In this document: positions 47,279 to 57,899 of the stretch, one piece after another
How the letters are laid out: each line of letters starts with the position of its first letter
Numbering within the stretch: the first letter of the stretch is position 1
NCBI GenBank assembly: GCA_051252135.1
Contig: JBPOGH010000019.1
Location: 1-64,000 of the forward strand
Direction: 5' to 3'
DNA: 64,000 bases
From: Verrucomicrobiaceae bacterium
GTDB taxonomy: Bacteria > Verrucomicrobiota > Verrucomicrobiia > Verrucomicrobiales > Akkermansiaceae
Position numbers and translations under genes: made by a program
Notes under the pieces: generated by a model
Database searches by the model: none
The model's input: only the letters and a program-made list of their open reading frames with translations
What the model was told of the DNA's origin: nothing

Positions 47279-47346
47279 AGCCCCCCCATCTCTAATTCCC
47301 AATCCTTTACACTGGCGAAATCCCCCCCACAGGTTTTCACTACGGC

Positions 47347-47775
47347 ATGCCCGATGCCACCACTCTCCCCTGCTCCGCCCGCGCGGAAACCAACGGCCTG
47401 ATCTACTTCCCCCGCCTCTGCGATAAAATCCGCCTCATGCACGCAGGCACCCTCCACCCCGATTTCCACAGCAACCTCGGACTCGGCATGGACCTCTGGA
47501 CCTGCCAGTTCCTCGGCGTCGACTACCACGATCTCAAAGCCCAAATCCTCGCCGGCGCCACCGACCTCGACGCCCTCACCTGGGCCCGCGAAAACGGCAT
47601 CACCCGCCCCGACTTCGAACAAGCTTGGTTCACCTCCTACATCTCCAACCGTGGCTTCCGTGACGACATGAGCGAACGCCTCGCCCAACGCAAAAAAGAA
47701 ACTCCGCACACCGACCGCGACGACATCCTCACCTTCATGGACTACATTGAAGTCGACGAAGGCCGCACCCTCTAA
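47347..47775 (+). CDS. DUF5069 family protein
   Basis: GLIYFPRLCDKIRL...G.L...F..NLG.GMD...C.FLGVDY; C-terminal TFMDYIEVDEGR. Confidence 0.8.
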   Translation: MPDATTLPCSARAETNGLIYFPRLCDKIRLMHAGTLHPDFHSNLGLGMDLWTCQFLGVDYHDLKAQILAGATDLDALTWARENGITRPDFEQAWFTSYISNRGFRDDMSERLAQRKKETPHTDRDDILTFMDYIEVDEGRTL

Positions 47776-47787
47776 CCCTCTCAAAAA

Positions 47788-49413
47788 ATGACCCCTTTCC
47801 ACTACCAGCCACCCTTCCCCCTCGGCCGCGACGAGACCGAGTATGAACTCCTCACCTCCGACCACGTCTCAATCACCCAACTCGGCGATCGGGAAATCCT
47901 CAACGTCGCCCCCGAAGCACTCACCCTCCTCGCCAACGAAGCGATCAAGGCCGTCTCCTTCAAACTCCGCACCTCCCATCTCAAACAGGTCGCCTCCATC
48001 CTCGACGATCCCGAGGCCTCCGAGAACGACCGCATGGTCGCCCTCATGCTTCTCAAGAATGCCGAGATCGCCTCCCACGGAATCCTCCCCGGCTGCCAGG
48101 ACACCGGCACCGCCATCGTCATGGGCAAGAAGGGCGAAAACGTCTTCACCGGATCAGACGATGCCGAATCCCTCTCCGCCGGCATCCACAAAACCTACCA
48201 GGAAGAAAACCTCCGCTACTCCCAGGTCTCCCCCCTCACCATGTTTGAGGAGGTCAACACCAAGACCAACCTCCCCGCCCAGATCGATCTATACGCCACC
48301 CAAGGCTCGGAATACTCCTTCCTCTTCATGACCAAGGGCGGCGGCTCTGCCAACAAATCATTCCTCTACCAACAAACCAAAGCCCTCCTCAATCCCGAGA
48401 GCCTCATGGAGTTCTGCATCGAAAAAATGCGCTCCATCGGCACCTCCGCCTGCCCTCCCTACCACCTCGCCTTCGTCATCGGCGGCACCTCTGCCGAGAA
48501 CTGCATGAAGACCGTCAAGCTCGCCTCCGCACGCTACCTCGACACCCTCCCCACCGAGGGTAACGAACACGGCCAGGCCTTCCGCGATCTCGATCTCGAA
48601 GCCAAACTCCTCGAGGCCGCCCGCAAGATCGGCATCGGTGCCCAGTTCGGCGGCAAGTACTTCGCCCACGACGTCCGCGTCATCCGCCTCCCCCGCCACG
48701 GCGCCTCCTGCCCCGTCGGCCTCGGCGTCTCCTGCTCCGCCGACCGCCAGGCCAAAGCAAAGATCACCAAAGACGGCATCTTCCTCGAAAAACTCGAGGA
48801 CAACCCCGGCCAATTCATCCCCGATGAATTCCGCGACTGGAAGTTCAAGGGCGTCCAAATCGACCTCGACCTCGGCATGGAACAAACCCTCGCCACCCTC
48901 TCAAAATACCCCGTCACCACCGCCGTCTCCCTCACCGGAAACATCATCGTTGCGCGCGATATCGCCCACGCCAAACTCAAGGAAATCCTCGAAAAAGACG
49001 GCGAATTCCCCGCCTACTTCAAGGACTACCCCGTCTACTACGCCGGCCCCGCCAAAACCCCCGAAGGCATGGCCTCCGGATCCTTCGGCCCCACCACCGC
49101 CGGTCGCATGGACCCCTACGTCGACCTCTTCCAGGCCCACGGCGCCTCCATGGTCATGCTCGCCAAGGGCAATCGCTCCCAAATGGTCACCGACGCCTGC
49201 AAAAAACACGGCGGCTTCTACCTCGGATCCGCCGGCGGCCCCGCCGCCCTCCTCGCCAAGGAACACATCAAGTCCCAGGAAGTCGTCGACTTCCCCGAGC
49301 TCGGCATGGAAGCCGTCTGGAAAATCCGCGTCGAAAACTTCCCCGCCTTCATCCTCGTCGATGACAAAGGAAACGACTTCTTCAAACAAATCAGCCAGTG
49401 CCCCGTGCACTAA
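47788..49413 (+). CDS. fumA: Fumarate hydratase class I (Fe-S)
   Basis: [57 protein letters not shown]. Confidence 0.95.
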   Translation: MTPFHYQPPFPLGRDETEYELLTSDHVSITQLGDREILNVAPEALTLLANEAIKAVSFKLRTSHLKQVASILDDPEASENDRMVALMLLKNAEIASHGILPGCQDTGTAIVMGKKGENVFTGSDDAESLSAGIHKTYQEENLRYSQVSPLTMFEEVNTKTNLPAQIDLYATQGSEYSFLFMTKGGGSANKSFLYQQTKALLNPESLMEFCIEKMRSIGTSACPPYHLAFVIGGTSAENCMKTVKLASARYLDTLPTEGNEHGQAFRDLDLEAKLLEAARKIGIGAQFGGKYFAHDVRVIRLPRHGASCPVGLGVSCSADRQAKAKITKDGIFLEKLEDNPGQFIPDEFRDWKFKGVQIDLDLGMEQTLATLSKYPVTTAVSLTGNIIVARDIAHAKLKEILEKDGEFPAYFKDYPVYYAGPAKTPEGMASGSFGPTTAGRMDPYVDLFQAHGASMVMLAKGNRSQMVTDACKKHGGFYLGSAGGPAALLAKEHIKSQEVVDFPELGMEAVWKIRVENFPAFILVDDKGNDFFKQISQCPVH

Positions 49414-49437
49414 TCTTCACCTCTCGGGAGGCTCGCC

Positions 49438-49989
49438 CTAATCCAGCTCCTTCACCCGAATCTTCCGGAACGCGATCTTCCCTGCATTCTTCTGCAAGCC
49501 GATCAAGCCCGCCGGACGAGGATTCTTCGGCGAGTAGGTCACCAGATGCTTCCCATCCAGCTCCACCGTCACCGACCCCTTGTTCACGATCAGGCGATAA
49601 CTCCGCCAGTCATCCGTCTCCCCCTGACCTTCGATCCGGTGGTGCTTCACAATGCTCCCCGTCGGGAACGGATTCGTCGGATCGGCAATGTTGATCTCAT
49701 AACAATCCACCGCCTCGTTCTTCACCTTTGCCTCGGTGTTTAAAAAGACCCCGCTGTTCGTCCCTTTCGCCGCCTTGAATTCCAGCTCCAGCACGTAATT
49801 CTCATACGTCTTGTCCGTCGTCAGCAGACAGACATCCCCCTCGCTCGCCGTCAGCGTCCCGTCTTCCACCTTCCAATCGGCATTCCCCTGGTTGGTCCAC
49901 CCCGTCATCGTCTTACCGTCAAAAAGACTCACCCACTCACCGGCAAAAACAGGAGCCGCCAACACAAAAAACAGTGCGATCAATTTCAT
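49438..49989 (-). CDS. DUF1080 (3-keto-disaccharide hydrolase-like) protein
   Basis: Signal peptide; WVSLFDGKT..GW, WKVEDG, NSGVF, YEINI, IGLQ, FRKIRVKEL. Confidence 0.9.
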   Translation of the reverse strand: MKLIALFFVLAAPVFAGEWVSLFDGKTMTGWTNQGNADWKVEDGTLTASEGDVCLLTTDKTYENYVLELEFKAAKGTNSGVFLNTEAKVKNEAVDCYEINIADPTNPFPTGSIVKHHRIEGQGETDDWRSYRLIVNKGSVTVELDGKHLVTYSPKNPRPAGLIGLQKNAGKIAFRKIRVKELD

Positions 49990-50021
49990 CGCACAACTTC
50001 TCCCACGTTCCCCTCCCCACC

Positions 50022-51446
50022 TCAAGCACTCTTCACCACAACCCCCATTCCATCCTCTTTCACGATCCGCACCGCCTCACCCTTTCCGATAAATCCCGAC
50101 TCCACCACCACATCGAGAACCACCCCGTCGATCTCCGCCTTCCCCGAAGGATGAAGGTCCGTCGTCGCCACCCCCGTCATCCCGATCCGGGGACCACTCG
50201 CTTCCTCCTCGGTAATTCCCGTCCCCGCCGACAAGGTCGCGGGCAACATCATCTTCTTCAAGAACGGCACCTCCGGCAAAAAACGCATCGTCGCCCACAT
50301 AATCGCAAGCGACCCAAAAATCCCAAACGCCAAATGCTGCGCCGGCGAGTCCAGCAAATCCAAAATCCCCGATGCCGTCGGCGCCTCAAACTGCTGCTGA
50401 TTCCACGCCACCCCGTCCACCATCGAGAACGCCAGCGACGACAACACCAGCACCAAGCCCAAAATCCCCGGAATCCCAAACCCCGGCAGCACAAAAATCT
50501 CCACCGCGATCAGGATCAACCCCAGCACAAAGAGCGCCACCAACTCATACCCCGCCATATTCCCCGCCAGATAATTCCCGAAAAAGAACAGCGTAAACGC
50601 CACAATCGACACAATCCCCCCGATCCCAAACCCCGGAGTCTTCACCTCAAAATATCCCCCCGCCAAACCAATCAGAATCAACACCCCCGACACACTCGCC
50701 ACCCACCACGCAAATTTCTCAAATCCCGTCGGCGTCGCCGTCACCACCTCCGCCTCCGCCAGGCCCTCCCGCTCCAGCACCTCTTCCAGCGTCTTCACCT
50801 CCGCCACCGCAAAAAGCGGACCGTCATCCAACATCTTCACCGCCTCACTCGAGTTCAACGCCAGCAGCTGTCCCGCCTTCACTTCCACCCCTCCGATCGT
50901 TTCCGTCTCATCGCTCAGCACCATCATCGCCTTGATCACCTCATGCCGATGCCCCTTCTCCTTCACAATCCAGCGCACATGCGCATCAAAAAAACTCTCC
51001 AGCTTCGCCCGCATCGTCTTGTCAATCTCCCCCACACTGCTCACCACCGCCGCCGATCCCACCAACGCCCCCGGCGCCATGTAAATCCGGTCCGTCGATA
51101 CCGCAATCATCGCACCCGCACTCATCGCCTCCGGATCAATATACGAAATCGTCGGCACCTTCAGATTGGCAATCTTGCTCATCAGATCATGCGTCGCAAA
51201 AGCCAGCCCGCCCGGCGTATCCAGCTTAAAGACCACCGCCTTCGCCCCTTCCTCCTCCACCCGATCCAGCGCCCGCTCCCAGAATTTGAAACTCTGACCG
51301 TTTACCAAATCATCTTCCCCCACCTCAATCACCACCACTTTCCCCTCGTAACTCTCCTCCACCGACTTCCCCAACACCCGCTGGTCCGTCCCCTCAGCCT
51401 GAAGAAACCCCGCCAATCCAAGGAAAAATGCCATCATTCGATTCAT
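50022..51446 (-). CDS. NfeD family membrane-bound serine protease
   Basis: LDTPGG, AMSAGA.IA, MAPGA.VGSA; E.KTPGFG..G; EIFVLPGFG; C-terminal OB fold G.A.TDL.PSG. Confidence 0.9.
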   Translation of the reverse strand: MNRMMAFFLGLAGFLQAEGTDQRVLGKSVEESYEGKVVVIEVGEDDLVNGQSFKFWERALDRVEEEGAKAVVFKLDTPGGLAFATHDLMSKIANLKVPTISYIDPEAMSAGAMIAVSTDRIYMAPGALVGSAAVVSSVGEIDKTMRAKLESFFDAHVRWIVKEKGHRHEVIKAMMVLSDETETIGGVEVKAGQLLALNSSEAVKMLDDGPLFAVAEVKTLEEVLEREGLAEAEVVTATPTGFEKFAWWVASVSGVLILIGLAGGYFEVKTPGFGIGGIVSIVAFTLFFFGNYLAGNMAGYELVALFVLGLILIAVEIFVLPGFGIPGILGLVLVLSSLAFSMVDGVAWNQQQFEAPTASGILDLLDSPAQHLAFGIFGSLAIMWATMRFLPEVPFLKKMMLPATLSAGTGITEEEASGPRIGMTGVATTDLHPSGKAEIDGVVLDVVVESGFIGKGEAVRIVKEDGMGVVVKSA

Positions 51447-51531
51447 GCCCGAACTCTAACCCGATTTCCCCCTCCTGCAAAATTATCAAATTTCCCCTCC
51501 CATCTTTCCCGTTTCCGGTTTCAATCCCGCC

Positions 51532-53355
51532 GTGGGAAGAATTCCGGAAGAAACAGTCGAAGAGGTGCTCGCCGCGGCGGACATCGTCGATGTCATCGGC
51601 TCCTACTTCCCACTCAAACGCGCCGGCTCTCTCTTCAAGTGCAACTGCCCCTTCCATAACGAAAAAACACCCTCTTTCAGCGTCAACCCCGCCTGGCAGA
51701 CTTTCAAATGCTTCGGCTGCGGCGAGTCCGGCAGCGCCCTCGGCTTCATCATGAAGTACGAGAACATCCCCTTCGTCGACGCCGTCAAAAAGCTCGCCGC
51801 CCGCGTCGGCGTCCAAATCACCGAGGAAGCCTATGATCCCGAGGCCGACCGACGCCGACGCCGCATCTCCCGCCTCAAGGAGATCAACAACTTCGCCGCC
51901 CGATACTACCACAACCTCCTCCTCAAATCCCCCGACGCCCAACACGCGCGCGACTACGTCAAATCACGCGGCTTCACCAAGGAGACCGCCGAAAAATGGC
52001 TCATCGGCTGGGCTCCCCGTAATTCACACGATTTCATCTCGGCCCTGAAGGCAAAGGAATTCAACGGTCGCGAACTCATCCAGGCCGGCCTCGGCGGCCT
52101 CAAGGACAAGGAAAACCCCCGCAGCGGCGTTTACACCAAGTTCTACGACCAACTGATGTTCCCCATCCACAACCACTACGGCGACGTCGTCGGCTTCAGC
52201 GGACGCGTCCTCCGCCCCGATGACAAACGCGGGAAATACATCAACACCAACGACACCCAACTCTTCAACAAATCCGCCCTCCTCTTCGGCCTCGATAAAG
52301 CCATCAAGCCCATGGGCCGCGAAAAGTTCGCCCTCATCGTCGAGGGCCAACTCGATGCCATCGCCCTCCACGAGGCCGGCTTCGAAAACGCCGTCGCCCC
52401 CCTCGGCACCGCCTTCACCGAGCAACACGCCACCCTCCTCAAGCGCTACACCGACCAAATCATCCTCTGCTACGATGGCGACTCCGCCGGCCTCACCGCC
52501 GCCGATAAAGCCTTCGCCCAACTCGCCGCCGTCGGCCTCCCCGTCAAACTCGTCCACCTCCCCGAGGGCGAGGACCCCGACACCTTCCTCCAAAACCAGG
52601 GCCCCGAGGCCTTCCGCGCCCTCCTCGATAACGCCAAAGACTTCTTCCAGGCCAAACTCGACAAGGAACTCCCCAAAATTGACCTCAACTCCCCCTCCGC
52701 CCGCGCCGGCCTCCTCCAAAGCCTCGGCGACGCCGTCGGCCAGATCAGCAACGACCTCATGCGCGACTCCACCATCCAGACCCTCGCCACCCGCCTGCGT
52801 CTCGGAGCCGATGAATTCCGCGCCATCGTCGCCAAATCCCGCGCCAAACCGAAATATCAGGACCGCCGCAAGCGCGATGAAGATCCCAATGCCGAGGCCC
52901 CCGTCGTCGCCTCCGCCATGGACCCCTCCATCGCCTACCTCGCCCACCTCTCCCTCGCCTTCCCCGAAATCACCGACTCCCTCAACGAACAACTCGAGGC
53001 CCTCCATGAAGTCCTCGATGAAACCCCCGGTGGCAGCCTCCTCCGCAGGGTAATCGGTCGCACCTCCACCTCGTCCACCCCCAGCGCCCGCCAGGCCTTC
53101 CTCCTCACCCTCGACCGCGCCGATCAACTCGCCCTCGAGTCCGGCTTCAGCGACGAACTCCCCCGCGACCCCCAAAAGGCCTCCTCCGAGGCCATCACCC
53201 TCCTCCTCTCCTCCCACTTTCAGAAAAAGGAGTCCCGCCTCCGCGCCCAACTCGCCGATCCCAACCTCCCCGTCGACCAAATGGTCCCCATCATGGAGGA
53301 AATTAAAGAAATGCAGGAATTCCTTAAAAATCTCGATTCCCGTTTCATCCGCTGA
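51532..53355 (+). CDS. dnaG: DNA primase
   Basis: CPFHNEKTPSF, FKCFGCG zinc finger; LMFPI, GFSGR, KYINT, VEGQLD, LGTAFT, YDGDSAG, DPD. Confidence 0.97.
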   Translation: MGRIPEETVEEVLAAADIVDVIGSYFPLKRAGSLFKCNCPFHNEKTPSFSVNPAWQTFKCFGCGESGSALGFIMKYENIPFVDAVKKLAARVGVQITEEAYDPEADRRRRRISRLKEINNFAARYYHNLLLKSPDAQHARDYVKSRGFTKETAEKWLIGWAPRNSHDFISALKAKEFNGRELIQAGLGGLKDKENPRSGVYTKFYDQLMFPIHNHYGDVVGFSGRVLRPDDKRGKYINTNDTQLFNKSALLFGLDKAIKPMGREKFALIVEGQLDAIALHEAGFENAVAPLGTAFTEQHATLLKRYTDQIILCYDGDSAGLTAADKAFAQLAAVGLPVKLVHLPEGEDPDTFLQNQGPEAFRALLDNAKDFFQAKLDKELPKIDLNSPSARAGLLQSLGDAVGQISNDLMRDSTIQTLATRLRLGADEFRAIVAKSRAKPKYQDRRKRDEDPNAEAPVVASAMDPSIAYLAHLSLAFPEITDSLNEQLEALHEVLDETPGGSLLRRVIGRTSTSSTPSARQAFLLTLDRADQLALESGFSDELPRDPQKASSEAITLLLSSHFQKKESRLRAQLADPNLPVDQMVPIMEEIKEMQEFLKNLDSRFIR

Positions 53356-53476
53356 AAATCCTCTCAAAACACTCCCTCCCCCTCAAAAACCCCACGCTTT
53401 CCGCACATTTTCGCACAACAGGCCCTCAAAAGGCGAAAATACTTGACCGTATCCCGTTCCTCACAAACATACGCCT

Positions 53477-53498
53477 TCCAGCAAGCGCGCTTGCTGGA
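53477..53498. promoter_or_regulatory. Perfect 22-bp palindrome upstream of rpoD
   Basis: tccagcaagcgcgcttgctgga, followed after 1 nt by tacaat (-10-like). Confidence 0.45.
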
Positions 53499-53545
53499 TT
53501 ACAATAGGTGAGGTGTGTCCACACCAGCCCACTCCATTTCTCATC

Positions 53546-55408
53546 ATGGCGAAGAAGAAGACCGCAGCAAAAAAAGCAGCTCCTAAAAAGAAGGCCCCGG
53601 CCAAAAAAGCAGCCAAAAAAGCTGTGAAAAAGGCTCCGGCCAAGAAAGCTGCTAAGAAGGCCCCGGCCAAGAAAGCTCCAGCTAAAAAGGCCACCAAAAA
53701 AGCCGCTAAAGCTGCCACCAAAAAGGCCCCGGCTAAAAAAGCTCCCAAGAAAGCCGCCCCTCCTGCCAAGCCCAAAGCCGACGCAGAAACTCCCGCGCCC
53801 GCAGCCAAAAAGCCCAAGAACCGGATCGACACTCCCGAGATTCAGGAAAAAATCCGTGAACTCATCAAGCTCGCCAAGGAACAGGATTACCTGACCTACG
53901 ACGACATCCACGAAATCCTCCCCAACAACATCGTCGATCCCTCTGACGTCGATGCCATCCTCGACCGACTCCGCCAAATGGAGTTCGACATCATCGATGC
54001 CTCCGAGGTCGACCGATACAAGGATAAGAAAAAAGGCGACCTCGACGGTGAAGAGGAAACCAAGGACCAGAAACTCGATATCCTCGATGACCCCGTCCGC
54101 ATGTATCTCAAGCAGATGGGCCAGGTCCCCCTCCTCACCCGTGAGCAGGAAGTGGAAATCTCCAAGCGTATCGAGGACGCCGAAATCGAAGTCCAGAAAT
54201 TCCTTCACCTCTTCGGCTTCACCCCCGCCGGCTACCTCGGCCTCGCCGACAAGCTCATGCGCGGCAAGGAGCGCTTCGACCGCGTCATCCTCGACAAAAA
54301 GATCGAGTCCCGTGAGCGCTACATGAAGGCCCTCCCCAAACTCTGCGAACAGGTCCGCACCCTCCACGAGGAAACCACCCAGATTTGCAAAAAGCTCTCC
54401 GCCAAAACCGTCCGCGGCAAAAAGAAGCTCGAGACCACCCGCGAAAAGAACCTCCAGTCCATCGCCCGTCTCTACCAACGCTTCTACTTCAAGCAAAAGG
54501 TCATCGAGGACTTCTGCGATGTCGTCGACGAGTATCAGGAAAAGTTCTGGAAGTACTCCCGCAAGAAGAGCGAGGAAGCCGAGACCGCCATCAAAGAGCT
54601 CCAGCTCGAAGCCTGGCATGATGTCGAAAGCTTCGAGGCCACCAACAAGGAACTCCACATCTGGATCGCCAAGGCCCGTAAGGCCAAGGACGAAATGGTT
54701 GAGGCCAACCTCCGCCTCGTCATCTCCATCGCCAAGAAATACACCAACCGCGGACTCTCCTTCCTCGACCTCATTCAGGAAGGAAACATGGGCCTCATGA
54801 AGGCTGTCGAAAAATTCGAATACCGTCGCGGTTACAAATTCTCGACCTACGCCACCTGGTGGATTCGTCAGGCCATCACCCGCTCCATCGCGGACCAGGC
54901 CCGCACCATCCGCATCCCGGTCCACATGATCGAGACCATCAACAAGCTCATGCGCGTGCAGAAGCAGCTCGTTCAGGAATACGGTCGCGAACCGACCCCG
55001 GACGAGATCGCCGAGGAAATCCACCTCCCCGTCGAGCGGGTCCGTGCCGTCCTCAAGATGGCCCAACAGCCCATCTCCCTTCAGGCTCCCGTTGGCGATT
55101 CCGATGACACCTCCTTCGGAGACTTCATCGAGGATAAAGCCGCCGAGAATCCCATGGAAGAAGCCGGCTTCGCCATGCTCAAGGACAAGATCATCGAAGT
55201 CCTCGACACCCTCACCGAGCGTGAGCGCGAAGTCCTCGAACAACGCTTCGGCCTCAAGGACGGCTACTCACGCACCCTCGAGGAAGTGGGCCGCCAGTTC
55301 CAGGTCACCCGCGAACGGATTCGCCAGATCGAAGCCAAAGCCCTCCGGAAAATGCGTCACCCGACCCGTATCCGGAAGCTCGAAGGCTTCATCGAACTCC
55401 CGATGTAA
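53546..55408 (+). CDS. rpoD: RNA polymerase primary sigma factor with Lys/Ala-rich N-terminal extension
   Basis: [86 protein letters not shown]; follows dnaG. Confidence 0.98.
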   Translation: MAKKKTAAKKAAPKKKAPAKKAAKKAVKKAPAKKAAKKAPAKKAPAKKATKKAAKAATKKAPAKKAPKKAAPPAKPKADAETPAPAAKKPKNRIDTPEIQEKIRELIKLAKEQDYLTYDDIHEILPNNIVDPSDVDAILDRLRQMEFDIIDASEVDRYKDKKKGDLDGEEETKDQKLDILDDPVRMYLKQMGQVPLLTREQEVEISKRIEDAEIEVQKFLHLFGFTPAGYLGLADKLMRGKERFDRVILDKKIESRERYMKALPKLCEQVRTLHEETTQICKKLSAKTVRGKKKLETTREKNLQSIARLYQRFYFKQKVIEDFCDVVDEYQEKFWKYSRKKSEEAETAIKELQLEAWHDVESFEATNKELHIWIAKARKAKDEMVEANLRLVISIAKKYTNRGLSFLDLIQEGNMGLMKAVEKFEYRRGYKFSTYATWWIRQAITRSIADQARTIRIPVHMIETINKLMRVQKQLVQEYGREPTPDEIAEEIHLPVERVRAVLKMAQQPISLQAPVGDSDDTSFGDFIEDKAAENPMEEAGFAMLKDKIIEVLDTLTEREREVLEQRFGLKDGYSRTLEEVGRQFQVTRERIRQIEAKALRKMRHPTRIRKLEGFIELPM

Positions 55409-55422
55409 AAGTCCCACTCTCC

Positions 55423-55453
55423 AAAGCGGCGCTCCACAAAGCGCCGCTTTTTT
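55423..55453. terminator. Terminator between convergent rpoD and miaB
   Basis: aaagcggcgc-tccacaaa-gcgccgcttttttt. Confidence 0.8.
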
Positions 55454-55472
55454 ATTTGTCGCGGCAACCGCC

Positions 55473-56903
55473 TCAATCCAGCACCGGCGTCCCGTAAAGC
55501 GTGAACCCCGTCGAGTCCTCGATCATCACATCGAAAATCTCACCCGTCATCCGCTCCGCATCGCCGTCGAAAATCACGATCTTGTTCTGGCTCGTCCGTC
55601 CACTCAGACGCGCCTTGTTCGTCTTGCTCGGCCCCTCGCACAGAATCCTCTGGCGCGTCCCGATCAACTTCCCGTTCTTCTCCTTCGTCAGCGCATCCTG
55701 CACCGCGAGCAACTCCTGGTTGCGCCGCTCCTTCACACTCTCCTCAAGCTGCCCCTCCATCTCCGCCGCCGGCGTATCCTTCCGCTTGGAGTAACGGAAA
55801 ATGAAACTGTTATCAAAGCCCACATCCTGCACGCACTTCACCGTCTCCTGAAAATCCTCCTCGGTCTCACCGGGGAAGCCCACGATGATGTCCGTCGTGA
55901 TCGCTAGGTCCGGACGCGCCGCCTTCATCTTCGCGCAAATCGCCAAAAACTTCTCATTCTTATACGGACGGCGCATCGCCTTCAAAATCCGGTCCGAACC
56001 ACTCTGCATCGGGAAATGAATGTGCGAGCACAGCTTCGGCAGATACGTAAACGCCTCCACCAAATCATCGCGATACCCGATCGGGTGCGGACTCGTAAAG
56101 CGAATCCGCTCCAGCCCCTCAACCGCATGCACCGCTTCCAGCAGCTGCACAAAAGGACTCTTCCCGTCCACCTTCTCAAATTCCGTCCGCCCATACAGAT
56201 TCACAATCTGACCCAGCAGCGTCACCTCTTTCACCCCCTCGGAAACAAGACCTTTCACCTCGTCCACAATGTCCGTAATCGGCCGCCCCCGCTCCTTGCC
56301 CCGCGTGTCCGGCACAATGCAAAACGAGCACCGCATGTTGCAGCCCTGCATAATGCTCACAAACGCCGTCGCCCGCTTCTCCTTCCGCGGCACGTGATCT
56401 CGAATCGTATTCTGGCTCCCCACTTCCTCCGCCGTGTCCACCACCCGCGCCGAGATCGTCTTCTCGCCATTGATGTTCACCACCTCATCCTCCACCCGTG
56501 AAGTCACCATCTCGGATCCCACCTCATCCATCCGCGTGTTCAGGCGCCGCGATAACACCTGATCCACATAATCAAAAACCCGATGATACTTCTGCGTCCC
56601 CACCACCACATCAAGATGCGGAATCCGCTGAAAAAGCTCCTCCCCCCGGCTCTGCGCCATGCACCCCATGAAACCAAAAACCACATGCGGCCGCACCTCC
56701 CGATGCTTCCCCATCATCCCCATCTTTCCCAGCGCCTTCTGCTCCGCCTGATCACGCACACTGCACGTATTAATCAGGATCGCATCCGCATCCTGCTCGC
56801 TGGGGGTGAGCGTATATCCACGCTCCGAAAACGTCCGGGCAACCTGCTCGGAATCACGTTCGTTCATCTGTCACCCGTAGGTTTTGATAAAGACTTTAGG
56901 CAT
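55473..56903 (-). CDS. miaB: tRNA (i6A37) methylthiotransferase MiaB; candidate selenoprotein with in-frame TGA at codon 11
   Basis: ATG at 56903 gives MPKVFIKTYG*QMNERDS (TGA at 56871-56873); NTCSVR, GCMAQ, radical-SAM CNMRCSFC, LLGQ.VN, SPHP, QSGS, DIIVGFPGET and a TRAM domain. Confidence 0.93.
56830..56860 (-). promoter_or_regulatory. Putative SECIS element of miaB
   Basis: mRNA AACGU-GAUU-CCG-A-GCA-GGU-UGC-C-CGG-ACGUU hairpin; GGU loop starts 26 nt after UGA. Confidence 0.75.
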
Positions 56904-56999
56904 GCGCCCTCTCCCTAGCCCCTTCACCCCAAAAGCTCAACCCCCAATCAACCCCCTCATCCCATTAGACATTTCCCGATTCTGCACCACCTTGACCCA

Positions 57000-57899
57000 A
57001 TGAAGCTCGCCTTGGTTCTCAATCGCGAATCCGGCTCCGGATTGTTCAACGACGAATCGGCTCGATCTGAAATCGTCGAAATCTTCAACAATGCCGGTCA
57101 TGAGGTCACCGCGGACCCCGTCCCCGCCAAAGACCTCACCACCACTCTTGAAAAGTGGATCGCCTCCGATTGCGATGGAATCATCGTCGGCGGAGGTGAT
57201 GGCACCGTCGCTTCCACTGCCGATCTCATCCGCGGCAGCGGAAAATTCTTCGGCGTTCTCCCTCTCGGCACCTTCAATCTCGAAGCCCGGGACCTCGAAA
57301 TCCCCCTCGAAGTCAGGGACGCCGCCCTCGCCCTTTCCCAAGCGGAAGTCAAAGAAATCGATCTCCTTCTCGTCAACGACCGCGTCTGCCTCTGCACCAC
57401 CGTCCTCGGCTTCTACCCCACCCTCTCCCGCATCCGGAAAGATTACCACGGCCACGGATGGTGGAAAAAAACCATCCGCCTCGCCTACGAAATCGCCGTT
57501 CTCGCCACCCGCACCCCTCCTCTCACCCTCACCATCGATGCCCCCGATGGAAACCCTCCCCTCGTGCAGAAAACCCGCATCGCCGTCTTTTCCCCCGGCC
57601 CCTATGAGGACGCCCTCGGCATCATCCCCCGCAGACCCGATCTCGCAACAGGCAAGCTCATGGCCTACATCTCTCGTCACCTCTCACGCGTCGCCATGGT
57701 CCGGGCGGCCCTCCGTTTCCTCATCGGATCCCTTTTCGATACCGATGAAATGGCGGTCATCGAAACCACTTCCCTCCAGCTCGACGTCAAGGGCCGCTCT
57801 TCGGTCACCGCCATGATCGATGGCGAAATTTTGGAGCTCAACCTCCCTTGCCGCATGAAAATCCTTCCCAAGGCTGTCAAAGTCCTCACCCCGGCATGA
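57000..57899 (+). CDS. Diacylglycerol kinase family lipid kinase (YegS-like)
   Basis: LNRESGSG, VGGGDGTV, LPLGTFNL.ARDL, IDGE. Confidence 0.9.
   Translation: MKLALVLNRESGSGLFNDESARSEIVEIFNNAGHEVTADPVPAKDLTTTLEKWIASDCDGIIVGGGDGTVASTADLIRGSGKFFGVLPLGTFNLEARDLEIPLEVRDAALALSQAEVKEIDLLLVNDRVCLCTTVLGFYPTLSRIRKDYHGHGWWKKTIRLAYEIAVLATRTPPLTLTIDAPDGNPPLVQKTRIAVFSPGPYEDALGIIPRRPDLATGKLMAYISRHLSRVAMVRAALRFLIGSLFDTDEMAVIETTSLQLDVKGRSSVTAMIDGEILELNLPCRMKILPKAVKVLTPA

Noticed and set aside
55473..56903. miaB as a nonsense pseudogene or as starting at MNERDS (56867)
   Set aside because: Starting at 56867 removes a cluster ligand and the first strand. The upstream codons match the family, the rest of the gene is intact, and a SECIS-like hairpin follows the TGA. 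Not fully excluded without raw reads and sel genes.
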